From positions 20,398,001-20,462,000 of the forward strand of contig OZ231126.1 in the NCBI GenBank assembly GCA_965153355.1: a DNA stretch of 64,000 bases. The letters are read 5' to 3'. A program made the translations under genes and the position numbers. The notes beneath the pieces are model-generated. The model had not been told where the DNA came from. It worked only from the letters and a program-made list of their open reading frames with translations, and ran no database searches. The DNA comes from Flaccisagitta enflata. Lineage: Eukaryota. This document shows, in pieces, positions 25,362-38,698 of the stretch. Position 1 is the first letter of the stretch; every line of letters begins with the position of its first letter.

Positions 25362-27031
25362 AACAAGGCCAACACCTTTAAGTCGCGTGCAGGACAAAAA
25401 TAACTGAACTGACCTGACTCCTTATTGTATCTTTTTATCGAAAATCAGACTTAAATGTAACCCTGAACAGACCCAAACCAGACTCAAACCAGACTCAAAA
25501 CAGACTCAAACCAGACTCAAACCAGACTCAAACCAGACTCAAACCAGAATTAAACCAGACCGAAACCAGACCTAAATCAGACATAAACCAGACATAAACC
25601 AGACATAAACCAGATTTAAGCCAGACTCAAACCACACCCAAACCAGACTCAATCCAGACTCAAACCAGACTCAAACCAGACTCAAACCAGACTCAAACCA
25701 GACTCAAACCAGACTCAAACCAGACTCAAACCAGACTCAAACCAGACTCAAACCAGACTCAAACCAGACTCAAACCAGACTCAAACCAGAATTAAACCAA
25801 ACCAAAACCAGACTAAAACCAGACAAAAACCAGACCTAAATCAGACCTAAATCAAACATAAACCAGACAAAAACCAGACATACACCAGACCTAAACCAGA
25901 CCTAACCCAGACCTAAACCAGACATAAATCAGACATGAACCAGTCTTAAACCAGACGTAAACCAGACTTAAACCAGACTTTAACCAGACTTTAACCAGAC
26001 TTAAACCAGACTTTAACCAGACTTAAACCATACTTTAACCATACTTAAACCAGACTTAAACCAGACTTAAACCAGACTTAAACCAGACTTAAACCATACT
26101 TATCTTTAATATCATTTTAACCAGCAGACTTAAACCAGCAGACTTAAACCATTAGACCAGCAGACTTAAACCATTAGATTCAAACCAGCAGACTTAAACC
26201 AGCAGACTTAAACCAGCAGATTTAAACCAGCAGACTTTAACCAGCAGACTTAGCCCATTAGATTTAAACCAGCAGACTTAAACCAGCAGATTTAAACCAG
26301 CAGATTTAAACCAGCAGATTTAAACCAGCAGACTTTAACCATCAGACTTTACCCAGCAGACTTTAACCAGCAGACTTTAACCAGCAGACTTCAACCAGCA
26401 GACTTTAACCAGCAGACTTTAGCCAGCAGACTTTAACCAAAAATGACCAAAAATGACCAAAAATGATCAAAAATGATCAAAGTGACCAAGAATAACCAAA
26501 ATGACCAAAAATGACCAAAAATGACCTAAATTGACCAAAAATGACCAAAAATGACCAAAAATGATCAAAAATGACCAAAATTGACCAAAGTTGACCAAAC
26601 TGACCAAAATGACCCAAAAATGACCAAAAACGACCAAAAATGACCAAAAATGACCAAAAATGACCAAAAATGATCAAAAATGACCAAAAATGACCAAAAT
26701 GATCAAAATGACCAAAATGACCAACATGACCAAAATGACCAAAAATGACCAAAAATAATCAAAAATGACCAAGAATAATCAAAAATGACCAAAATAACCA
26801 AAAATCACCAAAATGACCAAAATCACCAAAATGACCAAAAATGACCAAAAATGACCAAAAATGACCAAAAATGACCAAAAATGACTGAAAGCAACCAATA
26901 ATTCCCAAAACACCAAAAAAATGACTAAAATAACTCCAGACGCCCCAAAAAGACGAAAAAAAGCAAAGTGTTACCGACCGACGGACAGACCGACGGAGCG
27001 GGTTGTAGAGTCGCGTGCACGCGACTAAAAA
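25362..27031 (-). mobile_element. HINE-like element carrying a 1.4-kb compound minisatellite
   Basis: AACAAGGCC...AGTCGCGTGC at one end and GACCGACGG...TAGAGTCGCGTGCACGCGACTAAAA at the other. Arrays of AAACCAGACTC, AAACCAGACTT, AAACCAGCAGACTT and AAAATGACCA lie inside. Confidence 0.7.
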
Positions 27032-30000
27032 AAATCAATAATTATCAGCAAATGATGGAGCACCAATGGAGCTACGGAAAGGGAAATATTTTTTATTGTG
27101 GTTTTGTTCCACACATTAGGAAGCCGTGATCGCGGAAGAGATCGAGGAATAGACTATAAGCAACCCCCAGGGGTTTAGGGGGCCGGTGTCTTGAAGGATT
27201 GAGTTGTTGTGAATGCTTAGAAAGGAGAGTTTCCCCTAAAGTTCAATACTGTGGGCGTGACTGTCAAAGTTAGTGTTTTTTTAACATTCTGATACATGTT
27301 TTAGAAAGCCAAATTATCATTTGATGCATCCGCATCCTGCCATCCTAACAACCATTCTGCGATAAATTTTCAACTCTGATTTGAGACAAAACCTTGCTGA
27401 TAAGTATTTATCTTGCTGATCTATGTAAATCATACCTGCCAACTTCATATAAAAGCAAAACAGGAATCTTAAACTAAAGATATATACCATTCTCAGTGCT
27501 TGATTGGATGTTACGTCATAAAGAGTTTCATTTTCTTTTGAGGCATCATGGAGCACCACAGCTCAGAATTGCACCATCTGAGTCTGAGATAGAAGAACTT
27601 CATGAGGATTCTACACCAGAACAATCCTTCCATACAAGAGCTTCTGAATCATTCCAAAACAACACATTTCACACCTTTGAGCCAACATCAAACAATGTTT
27701 TCCCCTACATTAATCCAAGTATGAATGAGGTTTTTTTTCTTGGCATTTTGGCATTGGTCGCTGTTGCAGCTATATTTGGGCTTACCTCAATGGGGGTCAC
27801 TTTCATAGCCGCATTTTTTTTTGCTTTTTCTAAACATTGAATGTAGTGTCAAATTGTTTCATGCTGCTTCTTTGTAAAATATGGTGTAGATGGTCATGAA
27901 TGTTTGTATCAGTGAAAGCACATTTAAACCTCTTCTTTGAATGCATATCCTTAACTTTGTGGCAATGCCCTCCAATTTCTATACAAGCATATTTGCAATA
28001 CTGAACATTTTAACCTTACTTTGATAGTATTCTCTAATTGTGGAAAAAGTCAGTCAGCTTTTTGGGGTTTTCCCTTCATGCCAACCAGTCTGTGATTGAG
28101 GGTGCGCTAAATCTAGCCATATCTATTTGAGTGTAGCTGTATTAAGACTAATGCTATTTCCAGATGGTCATGGAAACTAACTGAATCATCTGTGCTTAAA
28201 CTATTTTGTATTTGTGTCTTTGTGTCTTGGTGCCTTTGTGTCTTTGTGTCTTTATGTCTTTATGTCTTCATGTCTCTGTGTCCCTGTATTCTTGTTCGTG
28301 CAATAGTGCATCAAAATTCAATATAGCTCATGCAAACTAGATAAAAGTGGATGAGTTTCTCCTCTTTTGCATTAAACAAAACTTCCTGAGATAGCTATAA
28401 GAAAAAATATCAGCTTGCAAGCTTGTACATTTCACATAGTCTAAACTTCAAATAGTAATCAATCATTTTACTCTCAATTGAAGTGTAGGCTTGATCCAAA
28501 AATAAGAGATATAAATATACATTTCATTTGGGACCAAACCCAGGTTTTGAGATCAATTTGTCAAAAAATGGCAGACAGTTAAAGTCGACTACTTCCATTT
28601 ACAGCTATGAAATAGATAATTTTCCACTCAATGTTACCACTCATTTGATATTTTTTTGACCCGCAACTATCCAATACTCAAAGTAGAAGTTTAGTATGAC
28701 AAAAAGTGCACACCTAGATCTTTCTAAATCTTTTTTCAGAAATTGATTTGAGGACTTAAAAGCAGAGATATGTTGATTCTTTATATTATTACTGACTTGG
28801 GACACCAAGTCTTCTAAAGTAACCGCAACCAGCAAAATTTCTTACTAATTCTAGTCTCCACTGTAATTCAGAATCTTTGATGAAATGCAACCTCTAAACT
28901 ACCGTATCTTTTGTATTGACAAATAATAAATTTGAAGTCACATGAGCAGCACTCCATGCTTGTAATTTCATGACCCTGAGGGTCGTAGAACATCAATTGT
29001 GCCCAAAAACCACATTTCCAAAAGAATAATGCTTAGAAATCAAATAGGTATTCAGAATTTTGCATGAAGAAGCACCTGAACCTTGAAAACTTGTTAGTTA
29101 AATTTGGTAAAGCTCATTTGAGTCGTTTGGGCCTACCGGGACCAAATATCCTAGAGTGTCCAAAAATGCAAGATTTTAGGAATTTTTTTTCCACTATGAA
29201 CATTTTTTTAGTCTCATTGGGTCATTGTACCCCTCTGAAACATTGGAATTAGGTTGATACAACTTATATGAATTAGCAAGTCCATTCTCTTAAAATTAGC
29301 GAGCATATTTTTCATTTCTTTTTTCAAAAAAATGTTAAATCTCAAAAAACGCAAAATTTTGAAAAAATTTCAAAACTGAATATCTCCCAAACTGTTAAAC
29401 CAAGGCTTTTGAAATTTGACATGTGTAGTAATGTGGGGCACTTGTTTATTCATGCCAAATTTCGTGATCCAGAACATCTTAGAACAGCATATATGCTCAA
29501 AAAACCTAAATTTTGGTTATTTTGAGCGTTTTTTTTTTTGGCACTTTTTGCTAGAAAACCACACTTAAAAATCACGCAGTTGTTCAAAATTTTGCATGAA
29601 GATGCGCCTGAATCATGAGAACTTGTATGCCAAATTTGGTGTAGCTAACTAAAGCCGTTTGGCCATGGTGTTACAAAATATCCCAGAATGTCCAAAAATG
29701 CATAATTTTGGGACCTGTTTTTTTCAACTTTGAAACATTTTTTAGCCTCTTAAGGTCATTGTACCCCTCTTAAACTTTGGAATCAGGTTGTTACATATAA
29801 TATGAATTAGCAGGATCATTTTAACAAAATTGGCAAGCATATTTTTCATTTTTTGAAAAAAAAGGTCATAACTAAAAAAATCACAAAATTTTGAAAAACT
29901 TCAAAATTGAATATTTCCAAAACTATCAAACCCAGGCTTTTGAAATTTGGCATGTGTGTTCATGTGGGGCACTAGTATATTTATGCCAAATTTTGTGATC

Positions 30001-32282
30001 CCAACTGTCTTAGAATAGCATATATACAAAAAAAAACCAAATTTTGGTTATTTTGAGCATTTTTTGGGCATCTTTTGCTAAAAAATGACATTTACAAGTC
30101 ACACAGGTATTAAAAATTTGGCATGAAGAAGCGCCTGAACCTTGAGAACTTGTATGCCAAATTTGGTAAAGTTGTCTCAAGTTGTTTGGCCGTAGTGTTA
30201 CCAAATATCCCAGGGTGTCCAAAAATGCAAAATTTTGGGACCTTCTTTTCCACTTTTGAAACATTTTTTAGCCTCTTAGGGTCATCGTACCCCTCTGAAA
30301 CTTTGGAATTGGGTTGTTACACTTCATATGAATTAGCAAGTCCATTTTCACAAAATTGGCAGGTATATTTTTCATTTTTTTCAAAAAAATGTCAAAAAAC
30401 AAAAAATGCAAAATTTTGAAAAATTTCAAAACTGAATATCTCCAAAATTATTAAACCCAGGCTTTATGTTCATTCATGCCAAATTTCATGATCCTGATGG
30501 TCATAGAACAGCCTATATGGCAAAAAAAAACCAAATTTTGGATTTTTTGAGCATTTTTTGAGTTTTTTTTGGAAAAAAACGGTACTTAAAATTCAGCTAG
30601 GTATCCAAAATTTTGCATGAAGAAGCCCCTGAACCTTGAGAACTTGTATGCCAAATTTGGTAAAGCTGTCTCCAGTCGTTTGGCCGTACCGGCGCCATAA
30701 AGGCCAGGGTGTCCAAAAATGCAAAATTTTGAGACCTTTTTTTGCCAACTTTGAAAGGTTTTTTTGGCTTTTTGGGTTATTGTACCCTCCTGAAACTTTG
30801 GAATTAGGTTTGTACACTTACTAAGAACTAATACCCCAAGTGGGCACCTAGATTTCACATTTTTTCCCCGCGTTAGCTATTTTTCAAAATTGGGTGTAAA
30901 TTTTAGAACCCAATTTTTGGATTTTCTAGCCATAAAATGAAAAATATACAAGATTTTTTTAAATTTTTTTCATTTTTAGGTAAATAATGTCATTATACAT
31001 GCTCAAAACAAATTTCAGACTCACAGCTCAAAAATTCAAAATTTTACTCAAAAAATGAAACATAGCCCTTTTTCAAAAAGTAGGCCTAGACTTTAAAATG
31101 CAATATCTCCGCTTCTACTGAACCGATTTGGCTGAAATTTTGCATGCTAGTAGATAAAAGGCATATCTAACTTTGCCTAAAATTTCATGCAAATCGGTTC
31201 ATGGGTCTAGCGACAGCACGGTTTTGAAATTTTTTTTTTGAAAAAAATGCATTTTTTAGATGGGTACACTCAAAATTTGAACGTGTACCCATCCCAGTCT
31301 TGTTCAGCACCAAAAACTGAGCCTGTATGCAAATTTCCATGCTTTGTGCCACTAACGCCAAGATTTTTTTTGTAATTCCCTATAGAGCCTAGACTACTAG
31401 GGCTAACGGGTCTTAGTACCAAGTATCTTAGGACTAATAGGAGGTTCCCCTCTGCGCGCTCCGTGCCAAGTGGAACAAAAGTTCTATTTGAACGGAATTT
31501 TGAATTGGTTAGCCTGCTCAAAAATGCATGCCAGCGCTAGCATTAGCGAAGATATTTTTTGTGAGCCATACTGTCATTGCAATTCCACTTGTACGATTCT
31601 GTCTGTTGGTTGAAAGCTTTTAAAATGTAAATGACGCGCTTCTTCTAGTTCTGAATGGTAACACCTGATCTAGGAATAATATAGAATCATGACAAACACA
31701 TAAAGCACAATTTAAGTCATCATAGTGAGAAGAAATTTTGACTGTATGGGGCAAAAGAAATAGTCAAAACTTCAGTTAAAATTTCATCTCAGTGGTCTGA
31801 CTGTAAACATCTTTTTGGTTTTGGACACGCAACTCTATAAGATGCTGTGTCCGACCTGTCTGTCAAGGTTATCGAGCAGAAAATTGGGAAAACAAGCGCT
31901 TTTGAAGCTTTTGGGCAGCGGTCCCAAAGGGGTCGATGACCTATGCTTTCACACGTATGGGAAATTTTCTTTTTCTCTTTCTTAGTCCGTCCCTCTCCTG
32001 ATTCAAATCATAGCCTCAAGGCTTAAATTCCTGTCTTAAGGCTCAAATCCCAGCCTCGAGGCTCAAATCCCAGCCTTAAGGCCCAAGTCTCAGCCTTGAG
32101 GCCCAAGTCTCAGCCTTGAGGCTCAAATCCCAGCCTTAAGACCTAAATCCCAGCTTCGAGGCCCAAATCCAAGCCTCAAGGCCTATATCCCAGCCTCAAG
32201 GCCCAAATCTCAGCCTCCAAGCCAAAATCCCAGCCTTGAGGCCCAAATCCAAGGCTTGAGGCCCAAATCCCAGCTTCAAGAC

Positions 32283-34257
32283 CACTGCATGGCCTAACGG
32301 TAGTTACTCGGAAAAAATGCCTCGGCATATCGGCCCATACTGGGGGGTAGTATGGACCATCCCCATCACATCCATACCAAGAGCCAAATGTTCTACTTGG
32401 AAATTAGGCCAAATGGCCTAATGTGACCATTTCTCAGGTCAGTTTGGCTCTACCATGGAATTCACAACTTTTTTTTTCATTTGAGTGAATTTTTTTTCTC
32501 TGAAAATGATATCAACGGTTATTCTATTACCAATGTATACATGCCAGGCCGTAGCAAGAAGGAAATTTGGTCAAATTGACCTAATATGGCCAGATTTAAG
32601 GCCAAAGATCTATTTCAGAAAGTAATAGTCAAAAAAGCGTTAGATGGTCAGCGGTTTCCGTGCCCTGCCCTAGTAGGTTGTGCTGTAAGTTGAAGGGTAA
32701 GCAGGGCAGCGGCCCCAAAGGGGTCGATGACCTACCCTTTCACACATATGGAGAATTTTTGGGCAGCGGCCCCGAAGGGGATGAAGTCCTGTGAAACACA
32801 TCCATCCAGCTGTCCATTCATTCCCCCCAGGCCCTCTCAAGCCTGAAATCTGCCCTCTCAGGCCTGAAATTTACCCTCACAGGCCTGAAATCTGCCCTCT
32901 CAGACTTTGAATCTGCCCTCTCAGGCCTGAAATCTGCCCTCTCAGGCCTGAAATCTGTCCTCTCAGGCCTGAAATTTACCCTCTCAGGCCTGAAATCTTT
33001 CCTCTCAGGCCTGAAATCTGCCCTCCAGATTAAAGGCCTGAGAGGGCAGATTTTAAGCTCAAGGGGTAAATTTCAGGCCTGAGAGGGCAGATCTCAGGCC
33101 TGAGACGGCCTGGGGGAACGGACGGATGGACGGAATGACGATCAAAAGTCCCCCTGTGTTCTACAGGACTTTGTACCATTCGGGGCCACTGCCCTGCTTC
33201 CTCTCACTCCATTTCACGATCATGCAAAGCAGGGCAACAGGTATTGCTGACCACATATTGCACCTGGGCGACCTGTTTGCTTATTCTTCCCCTCCTCCAT
33301 CCATCCATCCGTCCACCCCCCCAGCTTTGAGGCCCAAATTTTAGTCCTGAGACCCAAATCCCTGTCTCTTGGCCCAAATCCTATCCAAAAGGCCCAAATC
33401 CTAGCCTCAAGGTCCAAATCCTAGCCTGGAGGCCCAAATCCCAGCCTCGAGACCCAAATCTCATCCTTGAGGCTGGGATATGAACCTTGTGGCTTAGGTT
33501 TTGGCCTAACGGCTGGGATTTAAGCCTTGAAGATGAGATTTGGGCCTCAAGGCTAGAATTTGGGCCTTGAGGCTAGGATTTGGGCCTTTCGGATAGGATT
33601 TGGGCCAAGAGACTGGGATTTGGGTCTCGAAGCAGGGGTGGGTACAGACGGACATAGCAAAAATGTAGAATTTACATTATGAATTCATATGTAAGGTAAA
33701 TAAATCTTAAGTTAATATGATCAATTATGAGTTATCAAAGTTTCATTCTTCCTCATAGAGATTTAAGGGCTGTAAAATGACTACTTGGCCTAATTACTTC
33801 CTAATCTTGACCTGAGATTTTGGCTTCCCAGGTTTTCATTCAGTGTAGATTAGTTGCAAGATAACAGTAACAGAGAGAAGAAGCTTGAAAATATTATTCA
33901 AAAAGTTCATAAGTCGAAAAAATTGGATCTTTTGCCTGAAAATCCCTTAGATCTGGCCACGTCAATTTGACCAGATTTTTTTCTTGCTTTGGCCTGGCAT
34001 AAATTCATAGGGTAATAAAATACCCGTTAGCGTCATTCTTTGAGAAAAAAGCCATTCATATGAAAAAAAAGCCGAAAATCCCATGAAAGAGCGGAAATGA
34101 CCTTAGAAATGGCTATATTAGGCCATTTTGGCCTAAATTCCAAGTAGAACATTTGACTCTTTGTATGGATGTGATAGGGATTGGCTATACTACCCCCCAG
34201 TATGGGCCGCTATGCCAAGGCATTTTTTCCGAGTAACTAACATTAGGCCATACAGTG
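32283..34257. mobile_element. Chapaev/CMC-like non-autonomous DNA transposon, CACTG...CAGTG termini, ~330-bp TIR, 4-bp TSD AGAC
   Basis: AGAC|CACTGCATGGCCTAA... and ...TTAGGCCATACAGTG|AGAC, with long inverted arms 32283-32610 / 33930-34257. Confidence 0.75.
32758..33278 (+). mobile_element. Helentron-like element with 21-bp GCCCTCTCAGGCCTGAAATCT array (both orientations)
   Basis: Same termini as the copies at 39219-39755 and ~43062-43745. Confidence 0.65.
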
Positions 34258-34459
34258 AGACCCATAACCAACCTTGAGGCCCAAATCTTAGCCAAAAGGC
34301 CCAAATCCAGGAGAAGGAGAAAATTCCCCCTATGTGTGAAAGCATAGGTCATCGACCCTTTTAAGACTGCTGCTCTGTTCCTTCAACTTCAAGCGCAACC
34401 TACTTGGGCAGGGCAGGGGTACCGCTGACCATCTACCGCTTCTGCGACTGTTTGTTTTG

Positions 34460-35150
34460 TATATGAAAGATGGACAATATCACTACTCTACCACTTACTT
34501 ATCAAAGGATGAGAGCCTTTGGAGCTCTCAATGGTGTTTAATCCGGACCCATCACAACTATCCTTTAACTTTTCTTAGAGAAAATCCAACTGATAATTAT
34601 CATAGAATTTCAGAAAAATTATGTCACATTTGAAACAGTATCACCATTTTCTTTCTAAAAATGAGATATGCTGACAACAAGAATACGCTTGATAAATATG
34701 GCGGGACGAAGGTGACCATATCCATCTGGGCACATTCTCATGATCCTCATATACCAATCAAAGCTAGAAACTGAGACACTATTCCTCCTGAAACAACCTT
34801 CTTAAAAAATTCTGTGTCAACCCTAAAAACTGAAATAAGTAGATGTTGCATTCCACGTTTTTAAGAAAAACAAATTACCAAACGATAATTATATTATCAA
34901 AGGTAACATTGTCAGAAAAACATACCCTTAAAGGTAAGAATCGAGGATCAACCTTATTACGGGACCGCCGGCATTCTGTACCAAGGTACTATAATATATG
35001 AAAGATGGACAATATCACTACTCTACCACTTACTTATCAAAGGATGAGAGCCTTTGGAGCTCTCAATGGTGTTTAATCCGGACCCATCACAACTATCCTT
35101 TAACTTTTCTTAGAGAAAATCCAACTGATGATTATCATAGAATTTATATG
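34460..35150. mobile_element. Insertion with 151-bp direct repeats bounded by TATATG hexamers
   Basis: 34460-34610 and 34995-35145 differ by one base. TATATG occurs at 34460, 34995 and 35145. The insertion interrupts a HINE. Confidence 0.6.
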
Positions 35151-35634
35151 TTTGAGTGTGAGGTGTGTGGAAGGGGGTTAGAAGCCCCTACCCACACGTC
35201 CGCAACAATATTGTGACCCCGCGTCACTTGTTCATGCATATATAGGCCCTGGCGCATGTTAATAATTTTTGACAGTTGTTAATGGCTTCGCAGCTTACCT
35301 GGTACACGCTGTTTACGCGGCTGCATATTCCGTCTTTGTGATCTTTCGGAGTTGAGTCACGGACTTTATCCTGCATGGATAGAGTGTAAGGCCAAAGAAG
35401 TTGTTGGTGTTTTACCCGAGGCTATAGATTGTAGCGATTGGGGGTGATTTCAAACAGTTTCAAGCAAGGATTCTCAATCGGCAATCAGTTCATCAAACGG
35501 AAAATTGCAACGGTTAGGTTGCAAATCTGGATGTGAGAATATTTCTGATGAAGAAAGCTAGTTCCCGATAAAAATTTAAATGCTATTTTCAGCATGGTCA
35601 CTCGATCAAAGGACTTACTCCCGGGCGAGGTGTA

Positions 35635-37502
35635 CTACTCGACTCAATAATGAAGCCGCACTTTTAAAAGGCAAATTGTCAGAATGAATTTCAAAAGAAA
35701 TTAATTAAAATCTTAGGCCGTTAAAAAGTTCTTGAAAAGATCTTCCATTTGGCTCCATTCAGGCAATTCTAGCTTTAATTATTTAGAAATGGCATAAGAA
35801 TAAGTAGACATGTTAGATACCTGAGATTGTTTCTGAAACACTTTACTGAGTAGGAGGCATGGAGCAGAAAAATCTCCATTTTTTTCTTCCTTATCAAAAA
35901 AGATAAAGATGATAATAAAAAAATAATGTTTGTCTCGTCTGAGCGTAAAACAAATTTTTATTCTCAGCCTTGACCTCAGCTTTTGAAATAAGAATTGACA
36001 GTTTTTTATACAGTCAAGTGTGGGTGTGTTCAACATAACATTGCAAAATAATCATAAAAAAAACGACCCCTGTTAAGCCTAATGAAACATTCACATTATC
36101 AGTTTGCATCCCAACGGCATTTTTACAAATTAACAGGTGTAACACAATTATTGGAACTAGACCAAGAAAACTTATTTCATTCAAAATTTAGTCGCGTGCT
36201 AAGCGACTCTACAACCTGCTTTGTCAGTCTGTCAGTCGGTCTGTCCATCCATCTGTTTGTCCATCCGTCTGTCCGTCTGTCCGTCACACTTTACTTTTTG
36301 GGGTTTTTGCGGTCTTTAGCCTCTCTGCTCCTGCCCAAATGATAAAGCGACCTCAAATATGGCCCCTGCCCAACCGCACGCAACTTAGGTAGCCATGTAT
36401 CCGGCCTTATTCTTTACAATGTCGAGCTTATTCTTAACAAATATGAAAATATATGTGTCTAAATGCACTTTCTGGTTTATTTTAGTAGTTTTATTTCATT
36501 TCAATTTGCCATTTTTGTTTTTTTTTAATCTGCAATCTGAAAAAAGGAAAAGTGTTAACCTGAAAGTAAGCATCAACTTTGGAAGAGTGCTGTACCTAAA
36601 CGAATTGAGCTACAATACCCAGAATGGTCGGATTTGAAAGAGTAAAAACAACTCTTTAAAATGAGACAAATTTGGTTATGGTAGCTTTGTTTATTTTGAT
36701 TTTATAGTGTTTCAAAGTTGAGTTGACTTTATGGTGATATCCTAATGACTTTGATAAAACACATAACTATTTTAATCATAACTTGACTTTGCCAAAACCA
36801 AAATTGACAAAATTTATGATCGAAATAAAGATTTTTTTAACCTTTACCTGATGGTGAAAACTGTATATTAATATATCTATTGTTAATATATCTATTGTGA
36901 TATAGATTCTATGGCCATTTATCTGAGTTCCAATAATTGTTTTACACCTGTAAGAAGATAACTTTGACAAGCTCGCGCTCCAAAACCGTTTGAGATACAG
37001 TAGATCTCGTCTAGACTTGAAATAATGGGGGCAAACATTGTACATTGCTAAAACTTTCCGACAGTATATTTTGTAAAAATGTCGTTCATTTAGCGTTTGC
37101 TAAGGGTTGTAACACATGGATACACTCCCTAGCAATGGCTAAACGAGCAACATTCTTGCAGAATATACTGAGGGAAAGTTGTAACAAATTTGATTTTAAG
37201 CAATGTTCCTTAAAAAATCTCTCAAAATATTGATATTTTAGCGAGAACACATGGGGAATCAAACATCCTATGACTAGTCTATAATCCAAATATCGCTCCT
37301 CTGCCTTTATTCGTCTTTGCACAATACTTACCCCGTTATCTTAAGTCTAGATGAGATCTACTGTACAGATCCGGGATTGGTCTAGAGTGAAATAAAATAA
37401 AAAAATGTTTAAAATCACTTCAACAGAAAAATGTTTAAATAATTTCTTCTTGTTATTCATCAACTCAAAATAGAGTGCGGCTTTTTTTTTTTAGTCGAGT
37501 AG
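35635..37502. mobile_element. TA-TSD MITE (relative of 5805-6215) inserted into a coding exon, with nested elements
   Basis: TA|CTACTCGACT...AAGCCGCACT and AGTGCGGCTT...AGTCGAGTAG|TA. Confidence 0.8.
36998..37363. mobile_element. Tc1/mariner-pogo-like MITE
   Basis: TA|CAGTAGATCTCGTCTAGACTT ... AAGTCTAGATGAGATCTACTG|TA. The empty site matches the sister element at ~6070-6100. Confidence 0.85.
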
Positions 37503-38698
37503 TACGCTCTAATATCTTTACACCAGAATGTACCCTATCGTAATATTCGAAAGTTCCGTCGGCGCAGAGATTGTCGTCGTCCTTGTCGACGGTTCGGGTC
37601 AGCAGTTCCGAGAAAACTATTGTTGGTCCACGACCTGGGTCGTGCGGTTGATCGTTACTCGAACCCGTCTGTGTCGAATAAGGAGTTCGACGATCCACCC
37701 AATCTATGCCGATTCTGATGTGGTGAAAGGGTCGCGTTGGTTATGAATCCAATTCTTACTTGAGACTGCGAATCATTCTATTATCAATCAAGCTAACGCA
37801 CAAGACATTGCGATCTGCTCCCGTGCGGATGAATGGCATTGCAAAGATTTTCTGGTCATGAAAACGAAGGAATACCCATGTATTACCTGTACGGAATGAA
37901 GCTCGAGCACTCGTCTTCATGTCCTTGTTTCGCATCTTTCCGGCAAGTCTGTAGGTACTGCCAGTAGTTACATGTATTCGGATGTGCTTGGCACGGAGTT
38001 TTATCTTCTACTGCAACACCATCTTGATTGAAATACTCTCTGGCCGGTGGTCTGGTTTTATCCAAAGCGACGCAATCATCAAATCTGCGCTCAACGAGGA
38101 ACTTCATCTTATCACGCCGCCAGACTCTCCCTCTGAAGAAATGGCGGATTGCTGTTATAATATACCGGGTGGTCCATAACACCATGATGTCACCTTGGGG
38201 GGGTGAGGCCGAATGAATCACCACAGACAGCTTTAATGATGTTGAAACGTAATCCGTTGTCAATTTTTTGATGCGGCTGCTAATATGGCGAAAATCGAAT
38301 TCTGTTGTTTATAGCTTTGTCGCTAACTTGTAAAAAATTTTAAGTCGAGAGTTTTTGTAATTCTCAGTAATGTGCTAATTCTAAAGATCTGATTCTAACG
38401 CTCAATTCAAGATTCGGATTCGGCTTCCATATGAACACGTTTCACAACTAAATACTACTGGGGACTAAAAAGCACTGTAGATGAATGGACAAGGAACAAT
38501 TTTTTTTTTTTTTTTCAAAACATAAAAGCCTGAAATTGTGATTGACTCTTCGGTGTTGCTACTATAAGCACCGATCTTCCGCTCAATCAAACCAAAGGGG
38601 AAGAAGCCATCTTGGCCAGAATCGCCAGAATTGTATTTGCTCGTATCGCGAATTTGAGTAAAATAATTTTTTGTGTTGCGATATCATCTTTGGCAAAA

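Larger units (their letters stand above)
20110..31380. mobile_element. Giant foldback element with modular inverted arms containing ~526-bp tandem units
   Basis: 20120-21020 is the reverse complement of ~30470-31370. Units start near 20680, 21206, 21734, 22544, 23071, 23596, 24121 and 24613 (+), with ~4 inverted copies in 28920-30815. Confidence 0.85.
18348..31449. mobile_element. Foldback/Mutator-like outer element built from GGGTCTACTAGTCCTAA-type palindromic modules, 8-9 bp TSD CTCTGCGC(G)
   Basis: TSD at 18340 and 31450. Imperfect TIR GGGTACGGTCTAGTAGGCCTAAGATACTT / AAGTATCTTAGGACTAATAGGAGGTTCCC. The body 18350-20100 consists of TAGTCCTAA and TTAGGACTA modules. Confidence 0.75.
31910..34453 (+). 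mobile_element. Helentron-like element (GGGCAGCGGCCCC family) with 21-bp minisatellite, host to nested insertions
   Basis: 5' GGGCAGCGGTCCCAAAGGGGTCGATGACCTATGCTTTCACAC is inverted at ~34335-34378 and followed by a GGTACCGCTGACCAT tail. Repeats of GAGGCCCAAATCCCAGCCTT. Confidence 0.65.

Noticed and set aside
27317..28835. Transposase in the foldback loop
   Set aside because: Only short ORFs, with no DDE or zinc-finger motifs recognisable.
20557..30858. Many recurring 60-120 aa ORFs
   Set aside because: They recur only because of the 526-bp repeat. They are AT-rich, frameshifted between copies and have no recognisable domain.
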